A stretch of DNA of 63,965 nt, the filler included, from Atractiella rhizophila (Eukaryota): the NCBI GenBank assembly GCA_021432655.1. It is 14 parts of 13 records of this genome, joined end to end, with 100 filler letters (N's around TTAATTAATTAA, not from the genome) between each part and the next. Parts side by side here need not be neighbours in the genome. Positions count along the whole stretch, not along the records: positions 1 to 2,784 come from MU272335.1; positions 2,885 to 5,035 come from MU272336.1; positions 5,136 to 11,124 come from MU272337.1; 11 more parts are not named here. The stretch is one strand, 5' to 3'. The number at the start of each line of letters is the position of its first letter. The stretch's first letter is position 1. Shown one piece after another: positions 1 through 11,224 of the stretch. The notes beneath the pieces are model-generated. The model was given only the letters and a program-made list of their open reading frames with translations. It did not search any database and was not told where the DNA came from. The translations under genes and the position numbers were made by a program.

Positions 1-1206
1 GTAATTGTGTTTCAGTTCTACATAATCAAGACTTTCGGATTGACTAAACATCGCTGAAAATATCTGGGGATCGAGTTGAGGAATTTGACGTGCGGATAAT
101 TTTTTGAGAGAAAGGAGAGGAAGTGTTTTTGGCATTCCCTCGTGTGAAACGAAAGCAAGTTGATCAACTTCCAAACTGGCTAGATGACGAGACATTGAGA
201 TTTGTGGAAATAGCGCGAAGAAGGGAGTTGCTGCAGGATCCTGACTTGGACTCAAGTACCAAAGCATGGCCCCGGGATCATCGCTCTCGACGACAGAGAG
301 ATGTCGCAGCTCCGGTAACTGGGGAAGACATCGGTACTCAGAAACTGTCTCCCCACTAGAATATACGTTTCTGAAAACTTGAAGCCGGAGAGATTCTAAG
401 GTACTCTGCGCCAAGGTCACCAAATCGACGATATGGCGCCAGAATGCCAATCCGATTTTCTCAACGCAAAGTCTCTTCAATTTAGATTCCCCAAGAGGGA
501 AAAGCAGCGTCAGAGGCTGCGATTCTGAAGCACGATAATCCTCGATCTTCAAATCCGTCAAGGAAGCTAAGTCAGGCAATAGGATGTTATCGTTCGGGTT
601 TGGATATCGAAGAGATACCTCTCCTCCGAGGGACAAGCTCTGAAGTCTTGAACTCTTATGTAGATGAGGAAAAATCGCAAGGATGCTGCTAGAAAAGACT
701 GCTTGAAATGTGGACTCCGTCCGTTTTGTCGTGTACTTCAAAACCAAAAGATTTGGAAACGGAGGAAGAGTGTAGACATGTGAGGCGACGGTTTCGAGGT
801 TGAGGTTTGTGATTGAAGCAGCCGCCATCTGTAAGATGGGAAAAGCCTTCATCATTTCTCCAATGACAGACCTGACCAGATCTCTCTTGGATTCTTCTTT
901 CGAAAGCACCTTGACGATCTTGATTGTCTCGCGGGACATATCCTTCAGATCCACTTCCCGATAGAGCAAGCGTTGAGACGCTCCGTACCATTGCTACCCA
1001 AACAAAGACGAACGCATGACGCAGAAGAACTCCCTGCGTACCTTACACACGAGCGAGGTTGCCGCGAGGGCGGCAGCTCGAGAGTCATGTCTGCGGATAA
1101 CTCGTGGAGGAAGATGAAACAGGATTTCTTCAAGCACTTCATTTGGCAAAGAAAGAGGCTTCTGCGTCCTAAAGCTTGCTGTTCGTAATGTCAGATTTTC
1201 GCCCAA
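1..1206 (-). CDS. F-box/LRR-like protein; runs off the window start, true start uncertain
   Basis: F-box-like motif LSLPNEVLEEILFHL...LAATSLVCK, then GT-AG intron 994-1041. An open frame of ~330 codons (QWYGASQRLLYREV..., with LxxLxL units such as LQSLSL, LTDLKI, LESLRL, LRHLSV) continues to position 1. An in-frame TGA at 1252-1254 separates it from ORF 1252-1470. Confidence 0.65.
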
Positions 1207-1847
1207 TAACGATCCTTGAAAGCTGGAGAGATCACTAGGATACCCAGTCTTTCAACCGCCTTCTGCTTCAGCCTCATTAAGGAGGGAAGAAAGCCGCCAA
1301 GGACGAACGTTGAACAATGAAGCATTAATGAAGCTTAATGAAGTTCGGGGTTCAAGAACCTCAACTTCACAAGAACATTGACAAGTGAAGAACTTACAAC
1401 CCTGCTCGGAAGCTGCGACTTCCTCCAAAGTAACATCCATATCCTGACTGTTTTCCTTGTACACGGCCATCTGTCAAGAGTTGTTGGTGGATGACTCGAT
1501 CTTCAACGCTTCTGGTGTTTCATGCCATTCAACATTCCAATGTCTGCCGGAGCCTAAATTTGCCTAAGTGTCTGATTCAATCTTAGTTTCTGATGTGTAA
1601 TTTTTCCAGGCCAAAGTGACTTCCAAATCCGCTAAAAGACTCTGAACCTCAGAGGAAGTGTTTCCTACAATGGACAGTTCCAGCAATGCACCAAGCGGCG
1701 TGATGATGATAAGGATTTGATTGTACACATGACAACTAAAAGGTATATAACTTGAATCAAATCCTTTGAAGTGGTAACCAAGCAATCAATCAATCGACCG
1801 TACGAAAATAATTCTCACAACAACACGCCGAATCTCGTCGAACTCAT

Positions 1848-1872
1848 CATCAATCAATCAATCAATCAATCA
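1848..1872 (+). repeat. (ATCA)n microsatellite
   Basis: catcaatcaatcaatcaatcaatcaa seen directly. Confidence 0.8.
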
Positions 1873-2784
1873 AGAAGTAATCAAAATCGTGCAAACGCAA
1901 TCGAAGGAATAATACTTTTCACAACACTCCACTTCACCCTTCAACGTTGCTTGTTGCTTCCACCAGACAATGAATCAATCGACGACAGGCGTTAAGGACT
2001 CCTTCAGAGCCCTTCAAAGCCGGCCCTTGCCTTTCCGTTCTCCTCCCTCCATCCGTCTTTTCTTATTTCTCCCCTTCCTTGTTTACATTCCCGAGGAACA
2101 TACTTTTTCTAAATATCTAGCGTCCGACGTCCGACCCTACGACGGGTACCCTTTTCGACAAGACACAACCGAAACGAAATGAAGCCTAAAGAACCTTGTT
2201 GTCAACAATAATCTGGAGGAAGAGGAGGAGGAGGAGGAGAGAAACAAACCAAAAGAAATCAAACATGAATGCGATGCACTGAACTTGGACTTAGAACAAG
2301 CTTCCAAAGTCCCTCTCCTCCGCCAATCCGGGCGTTGTGATTCGTGCCGACGGGGGATTAGAGTCTCGTGTCTACCCAATCACAAGGTCATTTTCGCACT
2401 TTGTGCAACTAAAGGTATAGGGGAAGAAAGATAAAAAGAAAAGCTTACTCCAGTGGGAGACCCGTTCCCTTGTCCAGTGGCGACGCTAGCTCCAGACGCC
2501 AAACTAGCCCAAAACGCCTGCATCGTCTTTCCTACATCCAAAGCATATCAGGACGCCGGACCGACAAATCCGATTTCGGAGGAAATACCATTGATCCAAA
2601 CAGGGACGATGAAGCCCTCCGCCTGATTGTCGCCCTTCAAGACATAAAAGAGCATCTCGTCGGCGACCATCGGTATCCTCAACTTGGGCACGTTCTCCGG
2701 CCTCTGCACCCAAAAGGGCACGCCGATGATCTTGTCCAGCGGCGCTAGGTAGTCGTATCGGCTGTACGCGTTCGCGGTCGGAGG

Positions 2785-2884
2785 NNNNNNNNNNNNNNNN
2801 NNNNNNNNNNNNNNNNNNNNNNNNNNNNTTAATTAATTAANNNNNNNNNNNNNNNNNNNNNNNNNNNNNNNNNNNNNNNNNNNN
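2785..2884. other. Artificial contig linker (N44-TTAATTAATTAA-N44). The same linker occurs at 5036, 11125, 17202, 23271, 29336, 35389, 41414, 47421, 53428, 55051, 61050 and 62222.
   Basis: Identical 100-nt spacer with stop codons in all six frames; genes are cut at its edges. Confidence 0.97.
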
Positions 2885-3441
2885 TCTTTGTTTTCTACCT
2901 CTTCAGAGTCCACCAAAAAATTAAGATCACCGAGATCAACCGATCCAAACTTGTCGTTGTTGCTCTCCTTCAGCTCCAGATACTTGTTCTGCTTCTTCCT
3001 CCTCAACTTTTTGCCTCCGTTCGTCCCATGCGAGTCCGCACCCCTGTTGTGGGTGGCGGCGTTGAAGATGGGAGCGGGTTTGAAGGCGTCGTTGCCGAAA
3101 GTAGAGGGTAAAAGTGCAGAATCAGTCGAGCTCTTGACGAGGGTCGCAGGTGAGACCTTTGAGTTGGAACCATTCGGGATTTCCGATGACGGAAACTTGA
3201 TGGAGATTGGGGTGTGAAGGGGTTCATCGAGCGACGGATGACCCTGATTAGACTTCTTCTCCCTTTTCCTGTCGACTCTGAAGTTAGACTGTCTCGACCT
3301 CTTCGGGGACTTGTTGTTAGGAGCTGGATGGTGGCTGAGGGTGGATCCGTGTGGCAAGTGGATGATGCCAGCGTTGGGGTGTGATTTTGTAGCTTTGGGA
3401 TGAAACGAAGCGGCAGAGGATGGGCGAATAATGTGAGCCAT
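2885..3441 (-). CDS. Hypothetical protein, N-terminal disordered part, cut by contig end
   Basis: Open frame MAHIIRPSS...DSEEVENK of 185 codons reaching the linker; basic stretch KKLRRKK; divergent from HSP90. Confidence 0.55.
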
Positions 3442-3879
3442 GGCTGGGCATAGGGACGGGCAGGTAATCGCTAGGATTGAGTGGTTGGTTGCAAACGCTG
3501 GGCGAGCGAATTGACGGATTCGGTTCTTATATGCAGAGCTTAAATTCGTCACATGAGCATGACTCATGCATGTCACTCAACGTTCCAACCCCAGATCGAC
3601 TCAGATCTTGCCCAATCTGGTGCGTTTATGCTGTGTCTATCTGGACCCTGTGATGGCTGCTTGTTGCAATAGACATAAAGCCGCAAAAACAAAGCTAGAA
3701 AGCAGAATTGGAAGACGATAATGGCAAACAAATCTCACTTGTTTATTGTTTCGGTCAGCCGAATAGAGTTTATCAGATTTAGTGAGATCGAAAGTGCGCG
3801 GGACTCCGATCCCAACTTTCTTCCGGTCTTTCTCCGCCCTCCGGAGCCGTTGGGCGAAAACAAGGTTTGACAACTGGCG

Positions 3880-3967
3880 GGAAAATTCCAGAACTTTTGG
3901 GTTGATGAGACCAGTTGATGCGCGTCGAAAAACTCGCGTCGTTCGAGAAAGATCGTGCAGATATAAA
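3880..3967 (+). promoter_or_regulatory. Heat-shock elements and TATA box of HSP90
   Basis: gGAAaaTTCcaGAAc at 3880-3894 is a perfect three-unit nGAAn HSE. TTCgaGAA at 3942-3949; TATAAA at 3962-3967; ATG at 4076. Confidence 0.85.
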
Positions 3968-4075
3968 GCCAGTGCCTCGAGTACGTTCGCTCCTCAACTC
4001 TTCGTGAAAACTCACGCTCGATTCGCGCGTAGCCACACACAAAGAAGTCTTTTCCATCCCCATCTCATCGCCATC

Positions 4076-5035
4076 ATGTCTGCTCCTCAAACCGAAACCT
4101 TTGGCTTCCAGGCTGAGATCTCTCAGCTTATGGACCGTGCGTCGTCTCCTCCCTCTTCGTCCGAACAGAAGAGATGGCTGATCTATCCATGTGGGAACAG
4201 TGATCATCAACACTTTCTACTCGAACAAGGAAATTTTCCTTCGTGAATTGATCTCCAACTGTTCCGATGCCCTCGACAAGATCCGTTACGCCTCCCTCAC
4301 CGATTCCTCCCAGCTCGATAGCGGAAAGGAGCTCTTCATCCGCATTACTCCTGACAGTGCGTTTTTCTACTCATCCGTACCAAGTGGCAAATTTTAATAC
4401 TTGATCGATAGAGGAGAACAAGACCCTTACCATTCAGGATACTGGATGCGGTATGACCAAGGCTGATTTGTGAGTATACCCTGTACCCGAATTGAATCGA
4501 ATGAGAACTAACGAAATATTTTGTGAAGGGTCAACAACTTGGGTACGATCGCGAAGTCTGGTACCAAGGCTTTCATGGAGGCTCTTTCGTCCGGAGCTGA
4601 TATCGTGAGTCTTCAGTGTGTTGCGATTATTTGAACAGGAACTAATGAGCGTGGATCGATCAGTCGATGATTGGACAATTTGGTGTCGGTTTCTACTCCG
4701 CCTACCTCGTCGCGGACAAGGTGCAGTTCATCACGAAACACAACGATGACGAGCAGTACATCTGGGAGTCTTCCGCCGGAGGAACCTTCACGATCACTCA
4801 AGACACCGTCAACCCTCCTCTCGGACGCGGTTCCATCCTCCGCCTTCACATGAAGGAGGATCAACTCGAATACCTTGAGGAACGCCGCATCAAGGATATC
4901 GTCAAGAAGCACTCCGAGTTCATTTCCTACCCCATCCAGCTCGTGACCTTCAAGGAGGAGGAGAAGGAGATCGAGGATGAGGATATGGAGGATGAGGATA
5001 AGGATGAAGAGGAGAAGAAGGCCAAGATTGAGGAG
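4076..5035 (+). CDS. HSP90: Cytosolic Hsp90, 5' part with 4 introns, cut by contig end
   Basis: Spliced translation [34 protein letters not shown]...[16 protein letters not shown]...[17 protein letters not shown]...[13 protein letters not shown], followed by the charged linker. Confidence 0.98.
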
Positions 5036-5135
5036 NNNNNNNNNNNNNNNNNNNNNNNNNNNNNNNNNNNNNNNNNNNNTTAATTAATTAANNNNNNNNN
5101 NNNNNNNNNNNNNNNNNNNNNNNNNNNNNNNNNNN

Positions 5136-6200
5136 GACCTTGTTGCTAACATTAGAGTATCAAAGTTGCAAGGAAGAAGAAAAGCTAACCTTTCAATACA
5201 CCAAATGCATTTTCAATAATAACACGAGCTGAGGAATGAGCCTTATGTCCACCTGGCGTGCTTTTTGGGCTGGCAGTGGCGAAAACTCGGGTGCTGAAAA
5301 TGGCCAGATACAATAAGGAGACAAAGGATATCCTGAGTCAAGACGGAATGAAGCCATAGTAATATAATAAAGTCAACAATGGGCATACCTTTATCTCCTA
5401 GAAGGAATTCACTCAGCCTAAAGCACTTTTGCCAGTTGAGCCAAACATCCGAGTTGTTCCACACAAACACATCATTCTGTGATGCCCCCCCACCCAGTCT
5501 CATAACTGATATATCACATGTCATGGTCACAAACTGCTTGAAGAACAATCTGGATGAAATGAGTACTACGATACAACGAAGAAGTAGTACATACTCCGTA
5601 ATGTTTCTTCTCGCACCAATACCAGAAGGCTCACTCCTTAGGAACAAATGAGAGTGGAATGAGAGACCCATCAACAGCTCCAATATAACCAGAAAGACCA
5701 AATCCCTTCATAATAACTTCGCGGTGAGCAGCTGATGGCCATTTAAGAAATCGAAGTTCCATTTCTTGCAAACCAGAGATGACCCGAAGTACATGATTGC
5801 GAACAGACACTACAGCAATAGATGTGTCTCTAGCAGCATCAAAATGACAGTTATGTGACGAGCTACCAAAGAACCAAAGGTATGTTGCAAACTGAACATC
5901 AACAGCAGCTTGTGGTTGGCCAGTCCCCTTTGGCTGGAAAGGTGTGGTGAGGGCTAGTAGGTAACAGATAAAATGGAAAGTGGGCTTCCCCATTCTATGC
6001 CCCTTTCCATAAATTGAAGAGAAGAAAAAATTGAGAGAAGCACACCGATAAAAACTTTGAAGATACCTTTCTCTGGTATGATTCAGGTGTATGGGATAAA
6101 TGTCAATTGATTTTGCGACATCATACGGCCCTCTGGGATACATATTGAGCCCCAAAATCAATCGCTTGCCATTGTAAAATGCGGAAATTGGAGGAAATGG
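5136..6200 (-). mobile_element. PIF/Harbinger DDE transposase, degenerate
   Basis: All three catalytic motifs are visible across frames: GYIGAVDGSLIPL, FLLGDKG and AHSSARVIIENAFGVLK. Frameshifts and stops lie between them. Confidence 0.85.
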
Positions 6201-6710
6201 CTATTGATGTGCAAGCAGCATCAAAATTCTCTTCAAGGTTGTCAGCCCCCTCCAGACATATAGTTGATAGAATCAGCAAGGCCTATGACATAACTGCATA
6301 AACACGGTGCATTGGAGAGGATCCTTTAAAAAGTGCAAAAATGGTTATGCAAGCGATGGTGGTCTGTACCACCGACCACCATATAACAGGATCGGAGCAC
6401 CGTGGTTTCCCCAAATGACAACGTGAAAAGTGATCAATCTGACCCCCAAACCTGAGGTCCTTGATTCCACCATCACTTTTCACTTTTTTTGGTTTCGAGC
6501 TTGTGAACTCGAGTTAATCTTTCTCCAACTGTATTTTCAGCCACTCAGATCTGATTGAACCTTAAAAATGTGATCCAAAAAAATTGGAATCCAAGAAAAA
6601 GTGAGTTTTGGATAGGCCTACTCCCACGTCTTCATATCGTCTTCCGCTGCAATCACCACGATTCACATCGGTTCATGCTCATCAGAGCAGTGATTGTTAG
6701 ATGTATCAAA

Positions 6711-7495
6711 TATCTCACAACCCACGATCCCCTTCAATGGTGGAAGGTGTGTCCTCAATTGACTTCCCTCACATTCTTATAAAGTCCTTCGCCACGAAGG
6801 CACTTATCCCATTTTAAGACTAGACGCAATCCGGCAAACGGGCGCCAGTTTGTGTAAGTTGCAAACCTGACACCCTGCTTCAACAGCTGATGTTGAACAT
6901 CTTTTTTCACGGGCCAAAAACATCAATACCCATCAGAGGGGCACAATGTCTGCATCCTGTCAGGCTTGCCCCTACGCATTACCGAAATACACCATTTGAA
7001 GTCACGTGACCTACTTCACCACGTCATGAGATCACGTGCCTACCGATCGCCGCTTTGCTCACGTTAGAGCTGACCACCGCCTTCCCCTATTTCATACGAA
7101 TCGCCGCTCAGCAAACCCTACACATTTTGCCGGTCTGCACCGTCTCCATTATCACGTTATTATCCTTTCTCACTTGTACTGCTCAGTATGTCTTATTTCT
7201 GAGTATTCCCTTTATTGCCTTCCTGATCTAGCTATCTTACATGTTTCAAGAGACGTATGTTACAGTTTATGGCAGTGCCTTTACATATGTATATATACAT
7301 CGAGATGTAGTGGGGGGTGACCTCAGAGTATTCTCTTAGGTTTACCTCCACTACAGGTTAGTCTTCTCATGCCATACTATTCTCTTAGGTTTACCTCCAA
7401 TACAGACACATCGCCCCTCGGCGACCGCACATAGTGTCAGCCCTAACACATCCACCCTTGCTGAAACCATGATGTCAAAGGCATGGCTGATGTGA
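6711..7495 (+). mobile_element. hAT transposase C-terminal dimerization domain remnant, interrupted by a solo LTR
   Basis: YL..DPLQWWK, HEGTYPIL, PASTADVEHLFSRAKNINTHQRGTMSAS. Removing the LTR and one TSD copy restores the frame as TLAETMMSKAWLM*. Confidence 0.85.
6958..7448. mobile_element. Solo LTR (491 bp)
   Basis: Begins TGTCAGG and ends CCTAACA. 5-bp TSD CATCC at 6953-6957 and 7449-7453. Internal 22-bp direct repeat at 7329-7350 and 7378-7399. Confidence 0.9.
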
Positions 7496-7994
7496 GGTGT
7501 CAAGAAGCCAAAGAAATGGTAATTTGGGTGGGTTCTCCGAAGCATGAAATATGATATTCCATTACCACATATATGCCACCAGTATTAAGAGACTGAGCTG
7601 ATGTTATAAGGTTGTCCATATGCCTACCACATTGGAAATGGTGGATACTGCCAGTATTTTTAAGGCCATACCCATATACTGTACTGGTTGCAGTGCTGGA
7701 CTGACAGAACAGTGCCATTGCAAAGGAATAATAGTAGAGGCTATAAAATGATTTCAGAATTGTTTGGTGCAAGGTATTTGTTGTTTTAGCAATGCCAAGC
7801 ATACAAACATATATTTTGTCAAAAACTCCTTGAAATGGCAGAGTGCCGAGGAGCAGGTAACATTACTTCATCACTCATCCTCAAAAGGCATGAACCAGAC
7901 ATCCAGTATTCATTTGCTCCAGATGACAGCATTGCTTGCATTCTCCTAAATGATGTTAGCGAGCATAAGGTGGTGTGAAAGGACATATACTAAA

Positions 7995-9520
7995 CTATTG
8001 GAAGCCCACCTGATCAATCCTGTGAAGCCAATCATCACAATCATGTACTTCGGAATATATCAAACAATCAGCGAAGCATTGACGGGCAAGAATAAACTCC
8101 TCTCTAGCGCGGGAGTACTGAGATGATAGGAAGAGAGCTAGGGCAAGAGACTTCCTGCGACAAGCTTCATTGTGGCCACCAATTGCACTACTCAAAATCA
8201 CGGCTACCTCACAAACCTCAATCGCCTTGGAAATCTGGCAGTCTTGAGTATAAACCTGACCTATGTTTATAAGGCAGCTGAGTTGACCTCCCAGATCTTC
8301 AGCCACTACAAAAAGCTCCTTCGCCTCCTGAAAGTTTTTCAGTGCTTCCTCAGTCTGTGCATAAAGCTGCTTGATCTTCCCTATACCTTGAATGCAAGTG
8401 GCTTGACCATGCGGATCTTCTGTCTGAAGATAGAACCCCTTTGCTTCCTTGAAATGTTGTAGCGCATCCTCGTTACGCCGGTAAATCAGCTCAATCTCCC
8501 CTATGAACCGAAGGCAGCTGGCTAGACCTTGCTTATCTTCCTCACACAGATACAGTCGCTTTGCATCCTCAAACTGTAACAGAGCTTCCTCATTCTGCCC
8601 ATGAAGCAGCTTGGTCCTCCCTATGTCACGAATACAGTGGGCTTGGCCCTGTTGATCTTCCAATTTCACATAGTGATCCTTTGCCTCCTCAAACCATTTC
8701 TGCTCTTTCTCATTCTGCCCACAAAGCAGCTTCACAATCCCCACAAGATGAATTGAATGAGCAACACCAAGTTGATCATCTGCCAATAAATAAACGCCTT
8801 GGCCTGTCCAAGGTGTTTCAGTGCTTCCTCACTCTGCCCACACAATGCCTCGATCTCCACGATGCCATAAGTACAGTGGGCTTGGCCATGCCAATCTTCC
8901 AGCCACATATAGAGAGAGTTTGCTGCTTTGAAATGTTTCAGTGCTTCCTCATTCCCCCCACGCTGGAACTCTACATTCCCTATGCTGCGAATGCAGTGTG
9001 CTTGGCCATCCTGATCCTTCGCTTCCTCATACAGCTGCCTTGCCTCCTCCCAAAGTTTCAGCGCTTCCTCATTCCGCCCATGCAGCCACTTAATCTCCCC
9101 CAATTTGTGATTGCAAGCAGCTTGCCCATATCGGTTCCCTACCTTCAGATAGAGCTCTTTTGCCTCCTTAAAATGTTCCAGCGCTTCACTAATCTGCCCA
9201 CGAAACCATTCAATCTCCCCAATGCTGAAGGCCCAGTGGGCCAGGCCTAGTCGATCTTTCACATTCAGATACATCTGTTTTGCTACCTCAAACTATTTCG
9301 AAGCTTCCTCCTTCTGTGTACAATGGTTGCTGATCTCTGCCACGCTGCTTCCGCAGCGTGCCTCCCCTAGCCTATCTCCTATCTTCACATACAGCTGCTT
9401 CGCTTTCTCGAACTGCATGAGTGCTTCCTTCTTTCTCCTCTGATATTGCTCGATCTCCTCTATGCCACGAATGGAATGGGCTTCACCCCGCTGATCTTCC
9501 ACCTGGTGATAGAGCTCCTT
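7995..9520 (-). pseudogene. TPR-repeat protein (about 10-11 diverged 40-aa repeats), NLR-like sensor region; disrupted and 5'-truncated
   Basis: Repeat consensus GQAHCIxxIGxIxxxxGxNEEALxxFEEAKxLYLxVED across three ORFs. In-frame TAG at 9293-9295 and a frameshift near 8790. Confidence 0.85.
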
Positions 9521-9752
9521 TTAGTGCCTGTTGGAGATCCCTCTGTAGCTTGAACGCTAACCCTAGGGATCTTGTCTCATGAACACACGACCCAACCTCA
9601 TGTAAAAGGCATATAGCTTTCTAGATCAGGAGGATTGTGTTTACATTTCAGATTGTAATCAAAGCATCGATTTTATGATGGATAAAAGTGTTGCTTAGGC
9701 AAGTTGGTCTGTCTGTATTATTTGTGGTTGCACTCATAATGCTTTGGCAACA

Positions 9753-10125
9753 ATCGTAGTCAACGGCGAGCACCAGCTTCCCAACATTGCCATTCATCGC
9801 GGTTACCCACAGGTGGTCCGATCATTCCCATGCTCTTTGATCTCTTCATTGACCCACTTGTCTGCCTCCTTAACCCGCTCCTCCCTCGCTCACTTGCCTC
9901 TCCTCTCCTCGCCTCCCAGCCATCACCCTCAAGCTCCCAGTCGCCCTCTCCTCTCCCGCCAAATGCTTCTTCCCTTGTCTCTGCTCCCTCCTTTGCCGAC
10001 GACATTGCCTGCATCCCCAAAACTGTCGATCAAGGCCAGCATCAGCTCGATACAGTTAGCAAGTGGTCTCATCAGAACGGGATGAAGCTCAATATCCCAA
10101 AATGTAAAGCTATTGCCGACTGCAA
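9753..10125 (+). mobile_element. Non-LTR (LINE) reverse transcriptase fragment
   Basis: IVVNG...RGYPQ, MLFDLFIDPL, FADDIA and W..NGMKLNIPKC (RT motifs 4-7), with a frameshift near 9810-9830. Confidence 0.8.
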
Positions 10126-10155
10126 CAGAAGATTAGTTTGTACCAGACCGTGAGG

Positions 10156-11124
10156 TCAAATGTACCGGAACCACCGAATCATGCCTCGCAGTTTCGAAGC
10201 CTGTTCTGTGACACGTAGGGGTCCTTCCCTCGCATCCGATCCTTTTTCTGTCGATCCCTTTTCTGTCTGAGCGATTGCCTCCAACAACTTGTCGCAATCG
10301 GTTATATCTGAAGCTGCACTGCATTCCGCATAAAGCTGACGGGCACGCATAGTTTCCTTCCTGGCCTTTCAGTGCATTGATAGCCTGAAGAGCAGTCGGG
10401 CCATCTTCTCTCTGCTATGAGCTTCATAATAGCCTCCAAGCATCATGCTCAAATTGATCATTTCCCAAAGCAGATCAATCGCTTTCTTGAGCTGGTGGTC
10501 TTCCTCATAAACGGAAGCCATGTCGGCAAGGCAGTTAAGTTGACCTCCCACATCTTCCACCTTCAGATACAGCTCCTTTGCCTCCTCAAATCGTTTCAGC
10601 GCTTCCTCCCGGAAGCCATGTCGGCAAGGCAGTTAAGTTGACCTCCCACATCTTCCACCTTCAGATACAGCTCCTTTGCCTCCTCAAATCGTTTCAGCGC
10701 TTCCTCCATCCGCCCGTGACACTGTTCAATCTCCCCCATGCTCCGAATGCAGTGGGCTTGCCCCTGCTTGTCTTCCACCTTCAGATACAGCTCCTTTGCC
10801 TCCTCAAATCGTTTCAGCGCTTCCTCCATCCGCCCGTGACGCTGCTCGATCTTCCCCATACTCCGAATGCAGTGGGCTTGCCCCTGCTTGTCTTCCACCT
10901 TCAGATACAGCTCCTTTGCCTCCTCAAATCGTTTCAGCGCTTCCTCCATCCTCCCGTGATGCTGCTCGATCTCCCCCATGCTCTGAATGCAGTGGGCTTG
11001 CCCCTGCTTGTCTTCCACCTTCAGATACAGCTCCTTCGCCTCCTCAAATTGTTTCAGCGCTTCCTCCATCCGTCCATGATGCTGCTCAATCTCCCCCATG
11101 CTGTGAATGCAGTGGGCTTGCCCC
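10156..11124 (-). pseudogene. Second TPR-repeat protein with near-identical 120-bp repeats; 5' cut by contig end
   Basis: Unit QGQAHCIxSMGxIEQxHGRMEEALKxFEEAKELYLKVEDK. The C-terminus aligns with the 7995 paralogue. In-frame TGA at 10369-10371 and a 98-bp duplication that shifts frame. Confidence 0.85.
10647..11124. repeat. 120-bp tandem repeat array (about 4 visible copies)
   Basis: Positions 10681, 10801, 10921 and 11041 all begin tcctcaaat; the copies differ at only a few bases. Confidence 0.95.
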
Positions 11125-11224
11125 NNNNNNNNNNNNNNNNNNNNNNNNNNNNNNNNNNNNNNNNNNNNTTAATTAATTAANNNNNNNNNNNNNNNNNNNN
11201 NNNNNNNNNNNNNNNNNNNNNNNN

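Noticed and set aside
2547..2784. Minus-strand open frame PPTANAYSRY...GFVGPAS*
   Set aside because: It is short, cut by the linker and has no recognisable motif.
2829..2840. Recurring TTAATTAATTAA palindrome at about 6-kb spacing
   Set aside because: It is always centred in a 100-nt N spacer, so it is an artificial six-frame-stop linker. The spacing reflects size-sorted contigs.
6600..6620. Harbinger terminal inverted repeat (gagttttggataggcct)
   Set aside because: The other end is outside the contig and no TSD can be verified.
7995..11124. DGR-like system (RT next to variable repeats)
   Set aside because: The RT is a short, frameshifted LINE-type fragment, there is no template/variable repeat pair, and the differences are not adenine-specific.
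10647..11124. CRISPR array
   Set aside because: The units are contiguous coding repeats with no unique spacers, in a eukaryotic context with no cas genes.
8561..11180. Long plus-strand ORFs 8561-9250, 10578-11180 and 10676-11176
   Set aside because: They are antisense shadows of the TPR repeats.
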